Assembly (NCBI GenBank): GCA_028826165.1
Contig: JAPDFW010000074.1
Location: 1 to 64,000, forward strand
Origin: Anaeramoeba ignava BMAN
Lineage: Eukaryota > Protista > Anaeramoebae
Reading direction: 5' to 3'
Length of the DNA: 64,000 bases
Of this stretch, positions 61,820 to 64,000 are shown in pieces. Every line of letters starts with the position of its first letter. Within the stretch, counting starts at the first letter, position 1. The position numbers and the translations under genes were made by a program. The notes below the pieces were generated by a model. That model was not told the DNA's origin and made no database searches. It was given only the letters and a program-made list of their open reading frames with translations.

Positions 61820-62674
61820 ATGAAAAAATTAAATTTAAAAGAAAAACAAAACCTATTTGAAATAATAGAAGAAAATCTATTTGAAAAAGTTGTTGAAAAT
61901 TTTATTCAAGAATCACTTGAATTGCAAAATCAATATATCAAACAAGAACAAGTTTTTGAGGAAACACCAACAAATAAACAAACACGAAATATGAATGTGA
62001 GCAATTTCAACGAAAATTTATCAAGTCAAAAACTACAGAATAATTTAAAAAAAATGGAATTATTTTTACACAAAGAAAAAAAAAGCAAAAAAAATAACGG
62101 ACAAGAAAAAAAAAGACAAGAAAAAGAAAGACAAGAAAAAGAAAGATTAGAAAAAAAAGAAGAGTTTCTAATCAACTCAAAAATTGAGAATGAAGAAGTA
62201 AAAAAAGCACTTGAAAAAAGTATTTTGAAGGAAATAATATCGTCAAAAGAAACAAGTGTTCCCCCATTAAAAATCAAGGGAAAAAAAGGGAAAACAACAA
62301 AAAGTGCTTTTCACGAAATTCCAGAAAAAGAAGTAACACCTGAAATTATGCGCGACTTTAAGATTATCATGAACAGAAAAGCACTTGATCCAAAAAGATT
62401 TTATAAATCAAGTGATTATAAACATGATCAATTTCCAAAACGTTTTTATGTTGGAACTGTTTTGGATTCTCCTTTTGATTCTTCTTCTGATAGAATTCCC
62501 CGCCGCCAAAGAGCTCCTACTCTTGCTGAACAACTTCTTAAAGATAGAAATTTTAAACAGTTTTCTCAAAATAAAATGAAGGAAATTAACAAAAAATTAA
62601 AATCTGAACAATTTAGAAGAAATAAACAAAATAGAAACCAAAATCAAAGAAGAAAGAAAAGAAAAAATTTCTAA
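61820..62674 (+). CDS. FCF2: Fcf2/DNTTIP2-like pre-rRNA processing protein
   Basis: Fcf2 motif TPEIMRDFKIIMNRKALDPKRFYK...FPKRFYVGTVLDSPFD..RIPRRQR.PTLAEQLL. Confidence 0.85.
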   Translation: MKKLNLKEKQNLFEIIEENLFEKVVENFIQESLELQNQYIKQEQVFEETPTNKQTRNMNVSNFNENLSSQKLQNNLKKMELFLHKEKKSKKNNGQEKKRQEKERQEKERLEKKEEFLINSKIENEEVKKALEKSILKEIISSKETSVPPLKIKGKKGKTTKSAFHEIPEKEVTPEIMRDFKIIMNRKALDPKRFYKSSDYKHDQFPKRFYVGTVLDSPFDSSSDRIPRRQRAPTLAEQLLKDRNFKQFSQNKMKEINKKLKSEQFRRNKQNRNQNQRRKKRKNF

Positions 62675-62808
62675 ATAACAATATTAATCAAAACTTATTC
62701 GAATTTTTCATTTTTTTTTAATAGAAATTTTAATAGAAATTTAATAAATAAATTCAATAATCAAAATTAAATTAAAACTTATTTAAATTTTTCATATATT
62801 TTTATTAA

Positions 62809-63767
62809 TTAAATTTTTTGTAAAATATAAAGTCCATTTCTTAATTCAGGATAATGAATTTTTGTTTCACTTGTATCATAATGATGAACAACAATCTAAA
62901 AAAAGAAAAAGAAAAAGAAAAAGAAAATCGGAAAAATAAATATTTTTTTTAAAAATAATAAAAATAATAATAACAAACTCCTTCAGAAGAAATACTATCA
63001 ATTTCTGAATAACATTTCATTCCTTCTTTACCAATTTGAAGATAAATATGATCACCTTCTTTTAAATCAATTCCGTTATAATTCAAATTTTCACCATCAA
63101 AATGAACTTCAACTTGTTTTTCAAAAACATTTTTTTTTCCTTGATCTAAAACTTTCTTTCCTGCTTGAATAATATTTAAATCTTCAGCAATCTCAGTATC
63201 ATCAAGTCTTCCTTCAAGAAATACTTGAAATAATTTTAATTGAAATAATTTTAATTGAAATTAAAAAAAATTTGATTTTAATCGGAAAAAAATTATAAAT
63301 ATATTTATAAATATATTTACAATATTTATGTTGCTTTAATGAATCTGGTATCGTTTCTCGATTTTTTTTTAATGAATGCTCTTTTTATTTTTGATATTTT
63401 TTTTTCTCATTCAATTTCCAAATTGAAAAATAAACGGTTAAAAATTTTTAATTATAAATTTACGAATAATTTTATCATGAAGTAAATCTCTTTTTTTCTG
63501 GATTTTCTTCAGAAATTTTTGGTGTAATTTATTGCAATAAATATCAAATTCATTTTGCGCAACAATTTGTTCCCAATCAAAAACATTTTTTAAATTTTGA
63601 ACACATTCAAAAAAACTTTCTTGTGATTCTCGAATTTTTTGTTGATAAACTCGTTCTAATCTGTCCATTTCTTGTTGATATTTATCACTAATTGAATTAA
63701 TTAAAGCTTTTTCTTGTTCTTTTATATTTGGATTATTTGAATCAATTAAATCAGATAAATTTTTCAT
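62809..63767 (-). CDS. Sds3/BRMS1-like Sin3-HDAC complex subunit, multi-exon
   Basis: N-terminal coiled coil (ORF 63438-63767). Downstream exons read LDDTEIAEDLNII and VEVHFDGENLNYNG...GDHIYLQ...SISSE / IVVHHYDTSETKIHYPELRNGLYILQKI-stop, resembling the Sds3 C-terminal domain. Confidence 0.65.
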
Positions 63768-63861
63768 TTGAAGAAAAAAAAAATGAAAAAATGAAAAATG
63801 AAAAAAATTTATTTAAAAAAAAAGAAAAATTTATTAAAGATAAAAAATTTTGATTAGAAAA

Positions 63862-64000
63862 CTATTTCTTCTTCTTTACAAATTGTGAAATCTCTCTTTT
63901 AAATTGAATAAAACTTAATTGATCTGTTCGAATTAATTGGGATCTTGAAAACAATTCTCTTTTTTTTTTGGAAATGAAAGAAACTAAAGGAAAAAATTCT
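63862..64000 (-). CDS. 3' end of an unidentified gene continuing beyond the window
   Basis: Open frame RELFSRSQLIRTDQLSFIQFKREISQFVKKKK-stop. Confidence 0.35.
   Translation of the reverse strand, partial: EFFPLVSFISKKKRELFSRSQLIRTDQLSFIQFKREISQFVKKKK

Overview
This is extremely AT-rich, gene-dense eukaryotic nuclear DNA with spliceosomal GT-AG introns and the standard genetic code. Proteins carry NQ/EN runs and the window has large hexamer microsatellites. The overall style (BTB/RCC1/TLDc expansions, a presequence-bearing Cpn10, TCATT initiator-like motifs) suggests a protist such as an Anaeramoeba-like metamonad; this is inference only. Many single-base frameshifts fall in homopolymers and probably reflect long-read consensus errors. 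Housekeeping genes: TopBP1-like BRCT, Beclin/Atg6, a GT61 glycosyltransferase, Cpn10, AP-2 sigma, MFAP1, Rac, a divergent actin, a BIG-type Sec7 GEF, a RasGEF, Fcf2 and Sds3. Three accessory systems stand out. (1) A 27-exon minus-strand gene (27387-35406) that the ORF track largely misses. It has 21 tandem ~250-bp exon+intron units, each exon encoding exactly one ~44-aa armadillo-like repeat in symmetric phase 1 with a hypervariable final helix, spliced in frame onto an RCC1-BTB-BTB module. It is a candidate modular CUL3-type substrate receptor. (2) A ~12-kb ubiquitin cluster. Three polyubiquitin genes, all ending in a GG-less unit (…LRLR-stop), alternate with five ubiquitin-like proteins that end in CaaX boxes with different second membrane signals. 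(3) A tandem trio of secretory FG-GAP beta-propeller genes (7, 12 and 7 repeats) with variable residues around FG and a KDEL-like C-terminus.
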